A DNA stretch of 64,000 bases. Source: Desulfobacterales bacterium (GTDB lineage: Bacteria > Desulfobacterota > Desulfobacteria > Desulfobacterales > UBA5852). Below the pieces are notes generated by a model, which saw only the letters and a list, made by a program, of their open reading frames with translations, had not been told where the DNA came from and did no database searches. The position numbers and the translations under genes were made by a program. The stretch's first letter is position 1; each line of letters starts with the position of its first letter. Positions 61,325-64,000 of this stretch are shown in pieces. The stretch is from assembly GCA_963674755.2 (NCBI GenBank), contig CAXXVS010000001.1, positions 1,024,001 through 1,088,000 on the forward strand, written 5' to 3'.

Positions 61325-62851
61325 ATGAAGACACATATGATGACGCGGCGCAGTTATCAAAACGGCAGGCGACTCGTGCTTTGGCGCGCATGGGCGCGGG
61401 GGATGTTGGGCCTCTTCTGGATCGGGTCGATGGTGCTTCTTGGGGGGCATACGGCTGCCGCGGCGACCGGCAATACTGAACCGGCGCCGCGGCCCAACGT
61501 CATCATCGTTTACTGCGACGACTTGGGCTATGGCGATCTGGGGTGCTACGGCAGCCGGGCCATCGCCACACCCCACGTGGACCGGCTGGCCCGGGAAGGG
61601 GTGCGCATGACCGACTACTACGCCTGCAATGCCATCTGCGCCCCCTCCCGGGCCGGACTGCTGACAGGCCGCTACCCCTTCCGATCAGGGGTCATCGGCA
61701 ACATCTACCCCAAGGACGAACCCTTTACCCGCCGGGCTGCCCGGGAGTACGTGGGGGGATCCTTGCGGGGACTGGGGGTTCTCGATTTGCGGGAAGGGGA
61801 GGTGGTTTCCGGCATTCCATCCAAGGAGCTGCTCCTCGGCGAAGCCCTGCAGACCGCAGGCTACCACACCGCCATGGTGGGCAAGTGGCACCTGGGGGAC
61901 TACAGCATCGACCCGGCTTACAACCCCCGGCGCAACGGGTTCGATTTCTACCTCGGGCTGCCCCACAGCAACGATATGCGGCCCTGCCCCCTGTACCATA
62001 ACGAGGAGATGCTGCAAGCGGATATCGGCACCGACCAGGCCAAGTTGACCGGCCTTTATACCCGGGAAGCCGTACGGTTCATCAAAGAGGCCGGCCGGGA
62101 GCCCTTTTTTCTTTACGTGGCCCACACCTTTCCCCATCAGCCCCTGTACGCTTCGGCGCAATTTGAGGGTCAATCCAAGGCCAGCAAATTCGGGGATGCG
62201 GTGGAGGAAATCGACTGGAGTGTGGGCCAAATCATGACGACGCTGCAGGAGGCGGGGGTTGCGGATAATACCCTTGTTTTTTTCACCAGCGACAACGGCC
62301 CCTGGTTCGAGGGCAGCCCCGGCCCTTTCCGGGGGCGCAAGGGGCAAAGCTACGAGGGCGGTTTCCACGTGCCCATGATCGCCCACTGGCCCGCCGGGCT
62401 GCCGGCCGGACGGGTATGCCGGGTACCCTGGATGAATATCGATCTCTATCCCACCATCCTGGCCCTGGCCGGGGTGCCCCTGCCCGACGACCGCGTGATC
62501 GACGGACGGGACATCCTGGGGCTGCTCGCCGGCCGGGAGATCCGGGCCCCCCACGAAGCGCTCTTCTTCTACCACTACGATCAACTGGAAGGCCTCCGCT
62601 CCGGCCAATGGAAGTATTTCCGTCGGATCAACCGGTATGTATGGCCCATCCCCCTCGATGCGACTCCACTAGTGAACAAGTTGGGCGGCAGCCAATTGGG
62701 CAACCGCTGGCCGTTACTCTACAATCTCGACTTGGATCCGGGCGAAAGCTACAATGTCATCGCCACCCATCCGGAGGTGGCCGAGCGGCTGGCCACCCTG
62801 TTGGAGCGCTGGGAAGCGGACAACGCACAGAATCCGGGGGGCTGGCGGTAG
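61325..62851 (+). CDS. Exported Cys-type (formylglycine) sulfatase
   Basis: PNVIIVYCDDLGYGD, CAPSRAGLLTGRY, GKWHLG, FTSDNG; RR-containing signal peptide. Confidence 0.93.
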   Translation: MKTHMMTRRSYQNGRRLVLWRAWARGMLGLFWIGSMVLLGGHTAAAATGNTEPAPRPNVIIVYCDDLGYGDLGCYGSRAIATPHVDRLAREGVRMTDYYACNAICAPSRAGLLTGRYPFRSGVIGNIYPKDEPFTRRAAREYVGGSLRGLGVLDLREGEVVSGIPSKELLLGEALQTAGYHTAMVGKWHLGDYSIDPAYNPRRNGFDFYLGLPHSNDMRPCPLYHNEEMLQADIGTDQAKLTGLYTREAVRFIKEAGREPFFLYVAHTFPHQPLYASAQFEGQSKASKFGDAVEEIDWSVGQIMTTLQEAGVADNTLVFFTSDNGPWFEGSPGPFRGRKGQSYEGGFHVPMIAHWPAGLPAGRVCRVPWMNIDLYPTILALAGVPLPDDRVIDGRDILGLLAGREIRAPHEALFFYHYDQLEGLRSGQWKYFRRINRYVWPIPLDATPLVNKLGGSQLGNRWPLLYNLDLDPGESYNVIATHPEVAERLATLLERWEADNAQNPGGWR

Positions 62852-62905
62852 AAACGAGGTGCCTTGGGGCGTCCGACCCCGCTCCTCGTCCCGAACGGCT
62901 GCCCC

Positions 62906-64000
62906 TCAGGATACGGCCCCCAGCCCCAAGGCCTCCGCGTTGACGATGCTCGGCGCTGCCCGGGGCGGGTCATCCTCCAGGAAAGGCTGGATATCAGAGC
63001 CCTTCCAGACCGGATAGCCCATCAGGAGGCCGGCCACGTTGGCGGCCGCCAGGGTGGCCATACCCCGGCGGGTCCATCCGGTGGCCGAGGCGATGTGGGG
63101 GACCATGACCACATTGTCCAGCTCACCCAATCCTTCGGCCAGTTCCGGTTCGTTCTCAAAGACGTCCAGGCCGGCCCGGAATTCGGGGTGGGCGCGGCAG
63201 TGGGCCACCAGGTCGTCTTCCTTGACCACCGGCCCCCGGCTGGTGTTGACCAGGATGGCATTGGGTTTCATCAGGGCCAGACGCCGGGCGTCGATCAGGT
63301 GGCGGGTGGTCTCATCCAGCACGGTGTGGATGCTGACGCAATCCGCCTGTTGCAGGAGGGCTTCGAGGGTGTCGACCCGGCGGCAGGCGACGGCCGATTC
63401 ACCCCGGGTGGCCCGGAACCGGCCGAAGGCATCGATATCCTCCTCCAGGTCCTTGTTCGCGCTGCGGCTGTAGTAGAGGACGTCCATCCCGTAGGCCCGG
63501 GCCATCATGCGGGCATAGGCGGCCCCGATACGGCCGGCGCCGATGAGGCCCAGGGTTTTGCCCTTCAGCAGCTCCCCCAGGAACAAGGTCGGCAGCCAGC
63601 CCCGGTAAAGTCCGGCCCTGAGGAAACGTTCGGCTTCCCCCAAGCGGCGGGCGGCGGCCAGGGTCAGGGCCACCGCCATCTCGGCCGTGGTGTCGGTGAG
63701 CACCCCGGGGGTGTTGCCCACCGGTATGCCGCAGCGGGTGGCGGCCGCCAGGTCCACGTTGTTGTAGCCCACCGCGTAATTGCTGTAGACGATGCCGCCG
63801 GCGGCCTGCAGCGCGCGGAAGAGATCTTCGCCCCAGGCCTCGGTCAGCTGGCCGATGGCCCCCTGACAATGGTCGCCAATGGCGGCCGCGATCACTTCGG
63901 TGGGCAATACTTCGGGCGAGGTGCCGATCTCGACCCGACAGTCGGCGGCGGTGAGAACGTCGAGCCAGCGCCGGCCGGGCAGTTCCTTGGTCACGATCAC
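62906..64000 (-). CDS. D-glycerate dehydrogenase / hydroxypyruvate reductase (5' end probably outside the window)
   Basis: AVGYNNVD, NTPGVLT, GAGRIG, NTSRG, GLDVFE, PHIASA. Confidence 0.92.
   Translation of the reverse strand: MIVTKELPGRRWLDVLTAADCRVEIGTSPEVLPTEVIAAAIGDHCQGAIGQLTEAWGEDLFRALQAAGGIVYSNYAVGYNNVDLAAATRCGIPVGNTPGVLTDTTAEMAVALTLAAARRLGEAERFLRAGLYRGWLPTLFLGELLKGKTLGLIGAGRIGAAYARMMARAYGMDVLYYSRSANKDLEEDIDAFGRFRATRGESAVACRRVDTLEALLQQADCVSIHTVLDETTRHLIDARRLALMKPNAILVNTSRGPVVKEDDLVAHCRAHPEFRAGLDVFENEPELAEGLGELDNVVMVPHIASATGWTRRGMATLAAANVAGLLMGYPVWKGSDIQPFLEDDPPRAAPSIVNAEALGLGAVS

Overview
GC-rich bacterial chromosome segment. The gene content (multiheme cytochromes, a glycyl radical enzyme, USP/CBS proteins, proU) suggests an anaerobic deltaproteobacterium (Desulfobacterales-like); this is inference. 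It holds about 55 CDS and no rRNA, tRNA, CRISPR array or intact transposase. Modules in order: degenerate His-kinase plus receiver; an operon of methyltransferase, frameshifted isoprenoid-synthase-fold gene, LolDE-type ABC and diheme lipoprotein; an AT-richer patch with a NYN protein; a CBS pair followed by fadD-like and larA-like remnants; cls with an MlaY/MlaZ-like pair; cytochrome b, Rieske and an octaheme-TPR cytochrome; DUF3300/DUF2950; a PP2C phosphatase; a diguanylate cyclase; MarR-proVWX; a five-gene ATP-grasp/alpha-E/transglutaminase system interrupted by two ERIC-like hairpins; groESL; and a plant-HPR1-like dehydrogenase. The best candidate for an undescribed system is a TetR-led operon encoding a glycyl-radical activase, an SDR, a glycyl radical enzyme with an extra SCP2-like N-terminal domain, and an exported sulfatase. 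All family assignments come from motif recognition by eye; no searches were run.
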